Assembly: GCA_963736855.1 (NCBI GenBank)
Contig: CAVTQK010000015.1
Span: forward strand, 96,001 to 160,000
DNA: 64,000 bases
Direction: 5' to 3'
Origin: an uncultured delta proteobacterium
GTDB taxonomy: Bacteria; Desulfobacterota; Desulfobacteria; Desulfobacterales; UBA2156
Positions within the stretch are counted from its first letter, which is position 1. Each line of letters starts with the position of its first letter. This document shows, piece after piece, positions 31,384 through 41,756 of the stretch. Under the pieces are notes generated by a model. That model saw only the letters and a list, made by a program, of their open reading frames with translations. It had not been told where the DNA came from and searched no databases. Made by a program: the position numbers and the translations under genes.

Positions 31384-32127
31384 TCAGGGTTGACCCGGGC
31401 TTTCCTGAGCCTCCCGGATCTCTTCGGCGATGCGCAGGGCGGCGCGTTTCGGATCTTTTGCGTCCCGGATGGGACGCCCGATCACGAGGTAATCGGCACC
31501 CTCCCGGATTGCCCTGGTCGGAGTAACGATGCGCACTTGATCGTCTTTGGGAAGGGTCTCCCACAATGGGCGGATGCCGGGCGTAACGACAACGAAGCTT
31601 TTGCCCAGAGTCTTTTTAATACGCCGGACTTCTAAGCCGGAACAGACCACCCCTACGCATCCCGCTGTTTTGGCCATGGTGGCGCGTTTCAAAACCAGTC
31701 GGCTGGTATCTTCGCAATAAATGGATCCGTATCCGGCCTCCTGGAGATCTTCTCCGGAGATGCTGGTCAGGAGGGTGACACCCAAGAGTCCTACCTTTCC
31801 CCGGCTTGCCGCCACAGCCGATTCGAGCATAGCCATGGAGTCGCCGCAATGAATGGTGGCAAACGCCACGCCAAAGTCGGAAAGGGCGCGGGCGGCGCGG
31901 GCGGCTGTCTCGGGGATGTCGTGAATCTTGAGATCCAGAAAGACCCGGGCCGGGCCGACGGTGGAAACCGAACGAACGATGGCCGGACCGCAACGGAAAA
32001 ACAGCTCTAAGCCGATTTTGAACAGACCCACCGATCCCGACAGCATCCGGGCGTAAACCAAGGCCTCTTTTTCGGAGGAAAAATCCAGTGGAAAAATAAT
32101 CCGATCTTCTGGTCGTTGGGAGCTCAT
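31384..32127 (-). CDS. pyrF: Orotidine-5'-phosphate decarboxylase
   Basis: FKIGLE, DLKIHDIPET, TPGIR, DDQ.R, VIGRPI. Confidence 0.95.
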   Translation of the reverse strand: MSSQRPEDRIIFPLDFSSEKEALVYARMLSGSVGLFKIGLELFFRCGPAIVRSVSTVGPARVFLDLKIHDIPETAARAARALSDFGVAFATIHCGDSMAMLESAVAASRGKVGLLGVTLLTSISGEDLQEAGYGSIYCEDTSRLVLKRATMAKTAGCVGVVCSGLEVRRIKKTLGKSFVVVTPGIRPLWETLPKDDQVRIVTPTRAIREGADYLVIGRPIRDAKDPKRAALRIAEEIREAQESPGQP

Positions 32128-33095
32128 AGTCCGATTTCTCTTTTCAGTAAGGGGTCGCGCTGATCTTGCGGGCAGATCAGATTCAGGGCGCCCGGGATGA
32201 TCGAAATGATCGAAGGGAGCAGGCCCGGCCCCTCTCCGTCTACATCCAGAAGGACGGGATGGTTCGAAGCGGCTTCTACGCGGGTACCGATAAATCCTGA
32301 TACGCCTTCGATCTGCTGGATTCTCCCATTATACAGGTACTGCAACTTCGAAAAAATCCGATGTAGAGGGATGTCGCCGATCACGGTGATATGAAAGACC
32401 CCGTCGTCAGGATGGGCATCCGGCGCTACGAGCATGCCGCCTCCGTGGTATCTGCCGTTGGCAATCGCAACATTCCATGATCGCCATGTAACAGAAGGGT
32501 TTTCGTCGATTTTCAGATGGATCTGTTTTTTTCCGTAACGCAAAACAGCAATCATGGTAGCCCAAAAAAAAGCGAAAGCCGGCCCCAGGGATCGGGGCGC
32601 TTTCCGAACCTGATGCGCTACCTCGCCTCCGAGGCCGAAGCTTACCACATTTACAAAGAAACGCTGCGACCTTCGGCCTGCCGAATCCTTAAAGACGATT
32701 CGTCCCACATCCATGGGTCTAATCGGCATCGTCTGGATCAGGGTAAGGGCTTCATCGATATCCCTGGGGATAGAAAGGGTTCTGGCAAAATCGCAGCCGG
32801 TTCCGTTGGGTACAATTCCGATGCAAACCTTTTCCCGAAGTTCACGGTCAAAGGCCATAAGGGAGTTGATCACCTCGTTCAAGGTTCCATCCCCGCCGAC
32901 TACCACTAATCGCCGGGTCCCCTCGACGACGGCTGCAGTGGTCAGAGTGGTGGCATCTCCGGGGAGCCGGGTGAGGACGGTTTTGAATTCACGGAGGATC
33001 CTTTTGGCTTTGACGGCAATCCGGGGCCACCGGGTTGCTGTGGATCCTCCTCCTGCATGAGGGTTTACAATGAAAACCGTTTCGGGTGAAGCCAT
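32124..33095 (-). CDS. Diacylglycerol-kinase-family lipid kinase
   Basis: IVNPHAG, GGDGTLNEV, P.GTG.DF, GGGM..AP, DVDGE. Confidence 0.9.
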   Translation of the reverse strand: MASPETVFIVNPHAGGGSTATRWPRIAVKAKRILREFKTVLTRLPGDATTLTTAAVVEGTRRLVVVGGDGTLNEVINSLMAFDRELREKVCIGIVPNGTGCDFARTLSIPRDIDEALTLIQTMPIRPMDVGRIVFKDSAGRRSQRFFVNVVSFGLGGEVAHQVRKAPRSLGPAFAFFWATMIAVLRYGKKQIHLKIDENPSVTWRSWNVAIANGRYHGGGMLVAPDAHPDDGVFHITVIGDIPLHRIFSKLQYLYNGRIQQIEGVSGFIGTRVEAASNHPVLLDVDGEGPGLLPSIISIIPGALNLICPQDQRDPLLKREIGL

Positions 33096-33316
33096 GGCTG
33101 CCTTAGACGCATCGCCCTATGTTTTTTACCCTTTGCGTAGCCAAAAAGGGAAAAGAGGGACCGGATTCTTCTACATAGGATAAAACACAGGATGTGGAAA
33201 GCTTTTTCACATAAAAACGGTCAAGGAAAAATCTATTGAAGGAGTCGAGCAGATGATGATATGTGCTTTTCATATCAGGGAAAAATTTGTATTAATGACA
33301 ATTGGTCGTTAGAATT

Positions 33317-34741
33317 ATGGGTCTTGGAAGCAAACAGCAGAATTTGTTACGAATGCTGCCGGGAGTCGATCGGATGCTTGAGGCGGCCCGGGCTGAAGCT
33401 TTTTTCAACGCGGTTCCCCAGATCCTTTTGACTGAAAGCGTACGAGAAGTCATTGCATCCCTCCGTGAAGAGATTCTGTCTGAGGAGGTGGCCGTCGGCT
33501 CTGACGACCTGAACATCAAGACGCTTTTAGACCGGATCCGGGAGCATATACAGCAACGTCTTTCGCCTAAACTCAAGCGGGTGGTCAACGGGACCGGTGT
33601 CGTGGTCCATACAAACCTTGGACGTTCCCTCCTTTCCGAGATGGCCGTAAAAAATCTTGTTGCAATTGGATCCCGATATTCCAACCTCGAATTCGACCTT
33701 TCCAAAGGGATCCGTGGGTCCCGGTACGCCGCCGTAGAGGAGATTTTATGCGAAATCAGCGGAGGCGAAGCCGCCATGGTGGTAAACAACAATGCGGGGG
33801 CGGTCCTCCTCTGTCTGGAGACCCTGGCCAGTGGAAAAAAAGTGATTGTTTCCCGAGGGGAACTGGTGGAAATCGGCGGGTCTTTCAGGATTCCGGATAT
33901 CATGGCCAAAAGCGGAGCCATCTTAAAAGAAGTCGGCACCACCAACCGCACCCACCGCCATGACTACGAGGGGGCTATCGAAAATGAGACAGGCCTTCTC
34001 CTCAAGGTGCACCGGAGCAATTACAGCATGGTGGGATTCACGGCAAGCGTCTCCTTAAACGAACTCGTAGAATTGGGCCGAACCTATCACATTCCGGTGA
34101 TGGAGGACCTGGGCAGTGGGACCTTCATCGATCTTTCCAAATATGGACTGATTAAGGAGCCTACGGTGCAGGAGTCCGTCGTCGCAGGAGCCGATGTAGT
34201 TACCTTCAGCGGCGACAAGCTTCTCGGTGGTCCACAGGCCGGCATCATCATAGGGAAAAAGGAGTTCCTGGACCGGATCAAAAAGAATCCCTTGACCCGA
34301 GCCCTGAGGATCGACAAACTCACCCTTGCCGCCCTGGAAAGCACCCTCTCTTTATACCGGGATAAGGATGACGCCGTCGCATCGATTCCGACATTGAAAA
34401 TGATCACCACCTCTTTAAAGGACATCAAGAAGCGGGCCAGACGCTTGCAGCGGGAGCTTAAAAAACTCGGTTCCCCTCGTCTTAGGGTCATTTTGATGGA
34501 TCTTTCCTCACGGGTGGGCGGCGGTGCTCTGCCCATGCTGAATCTTCCCTCGAAATGCCTCGGCATCCGGATTGAAGGGATGTCGGCAAACGTCTTGGAA
34601 CGGTTCATGAGGGAAAAAACGGAAGTTCCCGTTATCGGCAGGATCGAAGCCGACTTCTTTATTCTGGATCCCAGGACGATTCAGGACGAGGAGATTCCCA
34701 TTATTAAAAATGCTTTCTCAGATCTATTCCAAAGGACCTGA
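33317..34741 (+). CDS. selA: L-seryl-tRNA(Sec) selenium transferase
   Basis: NGTGVVVHTNLGRS, VNNNA, SRGELVEIGGSFRIPD, EVGTTN, FSGDKLLGGPQAG. Confidence 0.96.
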   Translation: MGLGSKQQNLLRMLPGVDRMLEAARAEAFFNAVPQILLTESVREVIASLREEILSEEVAVGSDDLNIKTLLDRIREHIQQRLSPKLKRVVNGTGVVVHTNLGRSLLSEMAVKNLVAIGSRYSNLEFDLSKGIRGSRYAAVEEILCEISGGEAAMVVNNNAGAVLLCLETLASGKKVIVSRGELVEIGGSFRIPDIMAKSGAILKEVGTTNRTHRHDYEGAIENETGLLLKVHRSNYSMVGFTASVSLNELVELGRTYHIPVMEDLGSGTFIDLSKYGLIKEPTVQESVVAGADVVTFSGDKLLGGPQAGIIIGKKEFLDRIKKNPLTRALRIDKLTLAALESTLSLYRDKDDAVASIPTLKMITTSLKDIKKRARRLQRELKKLGSPRLRVILMDLSSRVGGGALPMLNLPSKCLGIRIEGMSANVLERFMREKTEVPVIGRIEADFFILDPRTIQDEEIPIIKNAFSDLFQRT

Positions 34742-34743
34742 GG

Positions 34744-36087
34744 ATGGCTGACGGCGGACGTATCTCTTTTGAAGAAAAGTTAGCGACCGGGTCGTTTCTT
34801 TTATCCAAAAGTGATTTTCCGGCCAAAAAGGCCCAGGGAGGACTCGATAATTTCATCCTAACGGCCTTTTTGAAAAACACCTTCCCCGAAACAACCTTCG
34901 AGGAACCGTTCGTCGAGTATGCTCTTCGTCGTCTTGGGGATGCCCGGTCATTCGGGGTTTTGATGATTCGCCTGGACCCTATCAAAGAGGGGGTGGCGGA
35001 TCCCGTTTCGGATCGGGAAGGACAGGTAAGGGATCTCGTGGAAATCCTGAGGCCCTTTTGCAGGGATGGAGGTTCCGGATGGGGGTCGTATGAATCGGAT
35101 ATCTTATGTGGTTTTTTCCCAGGCAATACCGATCTGGATTGCATGAAAATGGGGAGCGCCGTTCAGGAACAGTTGAGCCGGCGTCGCCGGGAGACCGTTT
35201 CCATGGGTTGCGCCCGGTATCCCATGATCAACTTTTCCAAGATTCAGGTTTTTGAAAATGCCAGGAAAGCCATCGATCATGCCGCCTTTTTCGGTCCCGG
35301 GAGCCGTATCGCTTTTGATGCCGTAAGTCTCAACATCAGCGGCGACAACCGGTACCAGGAAGGGGATATACCAGGCGCCATCCGGGAATATCGGGCGGCG
35401 CTTAAAATCGAGCCGACGAATGTTAATGTACTCAATAGCCTGGGAGTCTGTTATGCGGTAACGGGGGACTTGAACCGGGCTGTGGAGTGTTTTGAAACAG
35501 CCTTATGGATTGAGCCCGGTGAAGTCATGACCTTGTATAACCTGGCGTTGGCCGATCAGGCGGGGGAGAATATGGAACAAGCCCTGAAAAGATACCAGGA
35601 GGTCCTTGACATCCAAAAAGACCACTTCGAAACCCTGTTTCAAATGGGCCGCCTCTACGTCGATCAGGAAAGGCCCGGGGAGGGGGAGCCCTATCTAAAG
35701 AAGGCCGTTTCCCTGCGGCCGGGATCCGGTCCGGCGAACCGATATCTGGGAGAATGCTGCATGGGGATGGGAAAAATCGATGAAGCCATCCAAGCCTTTA
35801 AAAAAGCAATCAAAATCAATCCCAATGATGCGGCATCGCTTTCCGCTTTGGGATATCTTTTCAACGAGGTTGGAGAAAACCCGGAAGTAGCCCTGACCTT
35901 TTGCGAACAGAGTGTGAAAATCGCCCCGGAAGACGGGGTGTTCTGGTATCGCCTGGGCGTGCTCTATTACAATCATCATCGGATCCAGGATGCCGAAAAA
36001 GCACTTTCTGAGGCCCTTCGACTCGGATACGATGCCACGGCTTTGCTGAATAAAATCCAGCAGGCTCGACAGGAAAACTCTCAATGA
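34744..36087 (+). CDS. TPR-repeat protein with degenerate GGDEF-like N-terminal domain
   Basis: TVSMG.A.YP and ARKA.DHA..FG cyclase-like remnants without GGDEF; multiple TPRs. Confidence 0.75.
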   Translation: MADGGRISFEEKLATGSFLLSKSDFPAKKAQGGLDNFILTAFLKNTFPETTFEEPFVEYALRRLGDARSFGVLMIRLDPIKEGVADPVSDREGQVRDLVEILRPFCRDGGSGWGSYESDILCGFFPGNTDLDCMKMGSAVQEQLSRRRRETVSMGCARYPMINFSKIQVFENARKAIDHAAFFGPGSRIAFDAVSLNISGDNRYQEGDIPGAIREYRAALKIEPTNVNVLNSLGVCYAVTGDLNRAVECFETALWIEPGEVMTLYNLALADQAGENMEQALKRYQEVLDIQKDHFETLFQMGRLYVDQERPGEGEPYLKKAVSLRPGSGPANRYLGECCMGMGKIDEAIQAFKKAIKINPNDAASLSALGYLFNEVGENPEVALTFCEQSVKIAPEDGVFWYRLGVLYYNHHRIQDAEKALSEALRLGYDATALLNKIQQARQENSQ

Positions 36088-36671
36088 CAGCGGATTTTAA
36101 AAGCCACATTCTGGAGACGCTTCAAGAAAGCATTACGACCAAAACCGGCGCCGTCCGGGAAAATCTTACGAATCTCATCCGCGGTGCCGACCTTTTGGCG
36201 ACGTGTTTTTCCGGCGGCCATAAAACTATGATTTTTGGAAATGGCGGCAGCGCTGCCGACGCCCAACATATTGCGGCGGAATTCGTAAACCGGTTTCAGG
36301 TGGAACGCCCACCTCTGGCAGCCATGGCCTTAACGACCGACACCTCCATTTTGACTTCCATCGGAAACGATTACGCTTTCGATGAAGTCTTTGCCAAGCA
36401 GGTCCTGGCCATCGGAAAAAAAGGCGATATCGTCTGGGGCATCAGCACCAGCGGTAATTCACCCAACGTCCTCAAAGGGATGGAGGCGGCCCGCCGAATG
36501 GACCTGATTACAATGGGGATGACCGGAAGCGGCGGGAAACTGTGCCAGGTCGCGGATTTGTGTTTCTGTGTTCCGTCCGGGATCACGGCCAGGATTCAGG
36601 AATCCCATATCACCATGGCGCACATCCTGTGCGATTTGGTGGATCGGATCCTCTTTCCCGAACAATTTTGA
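36084..36671 (+). CDS. gmhA: Sedoheptulose-7-phosphate isomerase
   Basis: GNGGSAADAQH, NDY, ISTSGNS, ARIQE.H. Confidence 0.95.
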   Translation: MTADFKSHILETLQESITTKTGAVRENLTNLIRGADLLATCFSGGHKTMIFGNGGSAADAQHIAAEFVNRFQVERPPLAAMALTTDTSILTSIGNDYAFDEVFAKQVLAIGKKGDIVWGISTSGNSPNVLKGMEAARRMDLITMGMTGSGGKLCQVADLCFCVPSGITARIQESHITMAHILCDLVDRILFPEQF

Positions 36672-36691
36672 TGAACGTGGAAAGCGGCCCC

Positions 36692-37633
36692 ATGGCAAAC
36701 CCATTTGAACCGGTCGATTTCAAGCGGATTCGGACCTATTCCCTGATCGAAAGGAGCAGTAAGGTCGAGACGGAGCAGTTTGCTCGAGCGTATTCTGGAG
36801 GAAGCACCTTTAGCACATTTTTTTCGAGTCTCCCCGATGTGCTGGCAGGAAAGGAAATCCGTGAGGTGGTTGCCACCGTGGCCGGCGCGACGACTCAAGG
36901 AAAGACCGTTCTGTTCGGTATGGGCGCCCATGTCATTAAGGTGGGTCTGAACCCCATTGTCATTGATCTGATGGAGCGAGGGGTGATTTCGGCCGTCGCT
37001 ACAAACGGTGCCGGAGTCATCCACGATCTGGAGGTGGCTATGGCCGGAAAGACCTCGGAGGAAGTGGGGGCCTCCCTCAGCAACGGCACCTTCGGAATGG
37101 TCCGGGAACCCGGTGATTTCCTGAATCGGGTCATTCGGGAAAAATCCGGGGGACTGGGACAACGGGTGGGCGAGGCTATCCTGACCGAAGAGCTGCCGCA
37201 CCGGGATCTTTCTATTCTGGCCGCCGGCGCCCGTTTGAAAATCCCCGTCACGGTGCATGTGGCCTTTGGAACCGATATCGTTCATATGCATCCGGCCTTT
37301 AATCCGGAACGGACGGGGCGGGCCACGCATACGGATTTCGAGACTTTTGTAGCCGCGGTGGCCACGCTGGAAGGGGGCGTTTACCTCAACGTGGGTTCTG
37401 CGGTCATTCTCCCGGAAGTCTTCCTCAAGGCCCTGGCGATAGTCCGGAACCTGGGGTATCCGGTGAAAAGGTTCACCACCGTCAACATGGACTTTGTCCG
37501 TCACTACCGACCCATGACCAACGTGGTCGCTCGTCCTACTGCCGACGGCGGCCGAGGGTATGCCCTAGTGGGACACCACGAGATCATGCTCCCTCTTTTG
37601 GCTGCCGGTATCATCGAAGCCCTCGGAAGCTGA
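36692..37633 (+). CDS. Conserved protein with deoxyhypusine-synthase-like features
   Basis: GMGAHVIKVG, A.NGA..IHD.E, IPVTVH...GTD, GSAVILPEVFLK, GHHEIM.P; start may instead be 36671. Confidence 0.65.
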   Translation: MANPFEPVDFKRIRTYSLIERSSKVETEQFARAYSGGSTFSTFFSSLPDVLAGKEIREVVATVAGATTQGKTVLFGMGAHVIKVGLNPIVIDLMERGVISAVATNGAGVIHDLEVAMAGKTSEEVGASLSNGTFGMVREPGDFLNRVIREKSGGLGQRVGEAILTEELPHRDLSILAAGARLKIPVTVHVAFGTDIVHMHPAFNPERTGRATHTDFETFVAAVATLEGGVYLNVGSAVILPEVFLKALAIVRNLGYPVKRFTTVNMDFVRHYRPMTNVVARPTADGGRGYALVGHHEIMLPLLAAGIIEALGS

Positions 37634-37650
37634 ACCGCAGTCGATACCTC

Positions 37651-38577
37651 ATGGAAATCTACCTGATCGCCGGAAGCATAAGGGGTCTCATACATCGGCT
37701 CCATCTGTCGCTTACCGAACTGCCGAGCTTTGTACAGCGTCATGGTTTTGAGGGGATCGAGATTTCCGATCGGTTGATCGGCGGCAGCGACGATGCCTCC
37801 CTTGCCGATTTTGCTGTTTTGTGTCAACAGATGTGTCTGGGGGTCGTCCTCGATGTCGGCTGCGATTTGACCCTTTCCTCGGAGCGGCGCCTGGCGGGTC
37901 AGGTTGCATATGCCAAGAGCATGACGCGTACGGCGAAGGCTCTGGGTGCTCGAGGGATACGGATCTGGCTGGGGGGACAACTGTTCAGCATCCAGCAGCT
38001 CCTGTTTGGCTCAAAAAAACGCGCCCCGTCTCCGGAAGCGTCGGGAAACCAAAGGAGCGGGACTTCGGATTTTGTTAAAAGGCTTTTGTCTTCCGGTCCG
38101 GTGACGGGAATCGCCCACTCTTTTCGGAAAAACATGCCGTCACGGGTTTTCAGCCTTGAAAGGAAGATGCACCGGGCTATTGCATCTCTCAAGCAGGTCG
38201 TTGAGGATCCGGAAGCCGAAGGCCTTTTTTTTGCGGTGGAAAATCACTGGGGGATCAGCGCGCAGCCGAAAATCCTTCTTGCCGTCATTGACGCTGTAAG
38301 GTCTGTCCGACTCGGCACTTGTCCGGATTTTGCCAATTTCCCGAAAGATGTGGATCGGTACGAAGGGCTACGGCGACTGACGCACAGGGCTTTCCTTGCC
38401 CATGCCAAACTGAAAACCGGGGGAAGCTCGGAGGAAAGGGAGGTTGACTTTCACCGGTGTCTGACGATATTGAAAGAAAGCGGCTTTGATGGCATCCTGG
38501 CGGTGGAACACGATGGTCCGGGAGACGGGCTTTCCTGTTGCCTGACCATGCAAAACCTGATCCGTGATTTCTGGTAA
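37651..38577 (+). CDS. Sugar-phosphate isomerase/epimerase-like TIM barrel (AP_endonuc_2)
   Basis: GFEGIE, AVENHWG, CPDFANF, HAK, G.LAVE. Confidence 0.75.
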   Translation: MEIYLIAGSIRGLIHRLHLSLTELPSFVQRHGFEGIEISDRLIGGSDDASLADFAVLCQQMCLGVVLDVGCDLTLSSERRLAGQVAYAKSMTRTAKALGARGIRIWLGGQLFSIQQLLFGSKKRAPSPEASGNQRSGTSDFVKRLLSSGPVTGIAHSFRKNMPSRVFSLERKMHRAIASLKQVVEDPEAEGLFFAVENHWGISAQPKILLAVIDAVRSVRLGTCPDFANFPKDVDRYEGLRRLTHRAFLAHAKLKTGGSSEEREVDFHRCLTILKESGFDGILAVEHDGPGDGLSCCLTMQNLIRDFW

Positions 38578-38628
38578 ATGCCTTAAGGATGTGGGAACCG
38601 GTTGCGAAAATTGCGCCGATGGTTATTA

Positions 38629-38821
38629 TTGACGAAATCGTAAAAAAGTTATTTTGTTCGCTTCGTGACCATTTTCGGGAGATGCTCACGGCTTCTTTAA
38701 ATTTCAAGAACTCGGCGCAAGCGCATCAAACAGCTTGAAATTATTAACGCTCAGCCGTTCGTATCTCTTTTTTTGAAAATGCTCAAATCTCGCTTGCAAA
38801 AGCTTTTTGCGAAGACCTCAT
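38629..38821 (+). repeat. Hairpin element family B, copy 2 (diverged)
   Basis: Starts TTGACGAAATCGTAAAAAAG, ends CTTTTTGCGAAGACCTCA; shares TCAAGAACTCGGC, TCAAACAGCTTGA and TAACGCTCA with 22476-22669. Confidence 0.75.
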
Positions 38822-38893
38822 TATTGGAGCAAAAAAAGATATGGCGTCGCGGATCGCGTGGCCCGAAAAGGATACTCGAAAGGGAGCAAATCC

Positions 38894-39121
38894 ATGCCGA
38901 TTTATGAATATCGATGCAATGACTGCAACAAAAAATTTGAATACCTGGTCATCGGAAAAGATGGACCGGATGGTTGTCCTTCCTGCCGGAGCAAAAAGGT
39001 TTCGCGCATCATGTCTGCCTGTGGATTCCTGAGCAAGGGAAAAAGCGGAGAGACTGTATCCAAGTCGGCCGGATCTTCGTGCAGCGGATGTTCATCAAGC
39101 AACTGCGCGAGCTGCGGATAA
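38894..39121 (+). CDS. FmdB-family zinc-ribbon protein
   Basis: MPIYEYRC..C..KFE ... CPSC and C-terminal CSGC....CASC. Confidence 0.88.
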   Translation: MPIYEYRCNDCNKKFEYLVIGKDGPDGCPSCRSKKVSRIMSACGFLSKGKSGETVSKSAGSSCSGCSSSNCASCG

Positions 39122-39123
39122 GC

Positions 39124-40071
39124 GTGTCGGATTCCATCAAGATCGGAACCCGGGGAAGCAAACTGGCCCTCTGGCAGGCCGAGTGGGTCAAATCCGCGAT
39201 CCAGGCTGATCATCCGGGGCTGAGCGTCGAGATCGTTACAATCAAGACCACCGGGGATAAAATATTAGACGTTCCCCTTGCTCGTGTGGGCGGAAAGGGG
39301 CTTTTTGTCAAGGAAATCGAAGAAGCCCTTCTCCAATCAGATATCGATCTGGCCGTGCATAGCATGAAGGATATGCCGGCACAGCTTCCCAAAGGTCTGA
39401 AAATCGGTGCTGTTCCCGAGCGTGAAAATCCACAGGACGTACTCATCTCAAAATCCGGCAAGGTCTTGGCAGAGCTAACATGGGGGTCGAGAATCGGCAC
39501 CAGCAGCCTCCGCCGGTCCGTTCAGTTGAAACATCGGCGTCCGGATTTTGAGATCCTGCCTCTGAGGGGGAATATTGATACCCGGATCCGGAAGCTTGAG
39601 ACGGAAAACCTGGACGCCATCGTCCTGGCCGCGGCCGGGATGCGGCGCATGAGCCTGGAAAATTATATCAGCGAATATCTGGATCTATCGGTGATGCTTC
39701 CCGCCGTCGGACAGGGTGCTCTCTGCATCGAGATCCGGAAAGACGATCCCGTAATCGCTGTTCTCGTTGAAAAGCTGAACCATCCGATCACGAGGATCGC
39801 GGTAGAGGCGGAGCGCGCATTTTTAAGCCGCATGGAGGGGAGTTGCCAAGTCCCTATCGCGGCGGCCGGGAAGGTTTCGGGGGATATCGTTTCCCTTTAC
39901 GGGCTCATCGCCGATCTTGACGGAAAGCGCCTGATTCAAGATAACCTTTCAGGACCGAAAGAGGCCCCTGAGCGGGTGGGATACAGCCTGGCCGATCGGC
40001 TCCTCGAAGCGGGCGGAAAAGAAATTCTCAAAACTGTTTTAGCGCAGATCAAAGATGGAGAAAAAAGGTAA
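39124..40071 (+). CDS. hemC: Hydroxymethylbilane synthase
   Basis: IGTRGSKLALWQ, GGKGLFVKE, AVHSMKD, GTSSLRR, GSCQVP; GTG start inferred. Confidence 0.95.
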   Translation: MSDSIKIGTRGSKLALWQAEWVKSAIQADHPGLSVEIVTIKTTGDKILDVPLARVGGKGLFVKEIEEALLQSDIDLAVHSMKDMPAQLPKGLKIGAVPERENPQDVLISKSGKVLAELTWGSRIGTSSLRRSVQLKHRRPDFEILPLRGNIDTRIRKLETENLDAIVLAAAGMRRMSLENYISEYLDLSVMLPAVGQGALCIEIRKDDPVIAVLVEKLNHPITRIAVEAERAFLSRMEGSCQVPIAAAGKVSGDIVSLYGLIADLDGKRLIQDNLSGPKEAPERVGYSLADRLLEAGGKEILKTVLAQIKDGEKR

Positions 40072-41593
40072 GGTCTATCTGGTGGGCGCGGGTCCGGGGG
40101 ATCCGGGACTGATCACCCTCAAAGGGCTGGAGTGCATCCGGAAGGCGGACGTCATCATTTACGATTTTCTGGCGTCCCCCAGCCTGCTTTCCCATGCCGC
40201 TAAAAAGGCGGAAATCCTGTATGTGGGAAAGAAGGGAGGTGATCACACCCTTTCCCAGGAGGGAATCAATGCATTAATTGCTAAAAAGGCTTCTCAGGGT
40301 TTCGTGGTGGTCCGCCTGAAAGGAGGCGACCCATACATTTTCGGCCGAGGCGGTGAGGAGGCAGAGGTCCTGGTGGAAGCCGGTATCCCTTATGAAGTGG
40401 TTCCTGGGGTCACCTCGGCCATTGCGGCACCGGCATATGCCGGCATTCCTTTAACACACCGGGCGTTCACTTCGACGGTGGGATTTGTCACCGGCCACGA
40501 GGACCCCGCCAAGGAGGTTTCCGGTATTGATTGGGAGGCTCTTGCCAGGGGAATGGGGACCCTGGTTTTTTTAATGGGGATGAAGAACCTTAAAGGCCTT
40601 GTTTCACGGCTCACGACGGCAGGGCTGCCCGGGACTACTCCCATCGCCCTGGTCCGTTGGGGAACCACGCCGGATCAGGTTACCGTGACCGGAACCCTCG
40701 AAACCATCGCCGATACGGTGGAGAAAACCGTTTTGAAGCCCCCGGTGGTGATTGTTGTGGGAAAAGTCGTGAGTCTGAGGACAAAGCTCGCTTGGATTGA
40801 AAAAAAGCCGCTTTTCGGCAAGCGCATCGTGGTGACCCGGGCCCGGGAACAGGCCAGCGATCTGGTGCAGGCTCTCTCGGAGCTTGGCGCGCGTTGCCTG
40901 GAATATCCTACTATCCGGATTGCGCCGCCTGATAACTTCGAGCCACTGGATGCCGCCATCGAACACCTCTCCAAGTACGATTGGTTGGTGTTTACCAGCG
41001 TCAACGGGGTCGCCGCCTTTTTCGAGCGTCTCTTTCGCCAGGGAAAAGATGTCCGGGTGTTAGGGCATGTAAAGACTGCCGTGATCGGCCCGGCCACTGA
41101 AAAGAAACTTCTTGAATTCGGGATTAAAAGCGACATTGTTCCTGAAAGCTATCGCGCCGAATCCGTTATTGAGGCGTTTTCGAAAGAAGTCATTTCAGGG
41201 AAAACCGTTCTGCTCCCCAGGGCCCGGGAGGCCAGGTCAATCCTTCCTGAAGAACTGAGGAAGATGGGGGCGAAGGTGAATGATATCGCCGTCTATCGCA
41301 CAGAAGCGGCAAGAGAGGGCGCCGAGACCATCCTCGACCTTCTGGGTGAAAAGGGTGTGGACATCATCACGTTTACGAGTTCGTCTACGGTGAAGCATTT
41401 TAGGGCCCTTTTACCCGAAGATCGATTTGCAGCCCTTATGGAGGGGGTGCAGGTGGCCAGTATCGGTCCGATCACCAGCGATACGGCCCGGACTCTGGGA
41501 TTCACCGTTGACATCACGGCAGAAACGTTTACCATTCCGGGTTTGGTGGAAGCCATCCTCCAATATCAAAAAAGGGCTTTCGACGTTTCCTGA
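40055..41593 (+). CDS. cobA: Uroporphyrinogen-III C-methyltransferase / synthase fusion (CobA-HemD)
   Basis: LVGAGPGDP, RLKGGDP.IFGRGGEE; HemD motifs VTRAR, FTSVNGV, FTSSSTV, IGPIT. Confidence 0.93.
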   Translation: MEKKGKVYLVGAGPGDPGLITLKGLECIRKADVIIYDFLASPSLLSHAAKKAEILYVGKKGGDHTLSQEGINALIAKKASQGFVVVRLKGGDPYIFGRGGEEAEVLVEAGIPYEVVPGVTSAIAAPAYAGIPLTHRAFTSTVGFVTGHEDPAKEVSGIDWEALARGMGTLVFLMGMKNLKGLVSRLTTAGLPGTTPIALVRWGTTPDQVTVTGTLETIADTVEKTVLKPPVVIVVGKVVSLRTKLAWIEKKPLFGKRIVVTRAREQASDLVQALSELGARCLEYPTIRIAPPDNFEPLDAAIEHLSKYDWLVFTSVNGVAAFFERLFRQGKDVRVLGHVKTAVIGPATEKKLLEFGIKSDIVPESYRAESVIEAFSKEVISGKTVLLPRAREARSILPEELRKMGAKVNDIAVYRTEAAREGAETILDLLGEKGVDIITFTSSSTVKHFRALLPEDRFAALMEGVQVASIGPITSDTARTLGFTVDITAETFTIPGLVEAILQYQKRAFDVS

Positions 41594-41756
41594 ACCGCTT
41601 GAGGCGATTCCATTCGGCTTTAAAGGGTACCCTTTCGCCCGATGGAATTTACCCTAACCCATTTTTCATCATTCCTTTTAAGCCAAGACCCTGGCATTTC
41701 ATTGGTGCATCGGAAATTCGTTCAAATCGTCGGAAGAAAAAAAACCCGGCATCGGA

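Noticed and set aside
33192..33212. Palindrome ATGTGGAAAGCTTTTTCACAT upstream of selA as a Rex or CRP site
   Set aside because: Half-site spacing fits neither consensus, so no regulator can be assigned.
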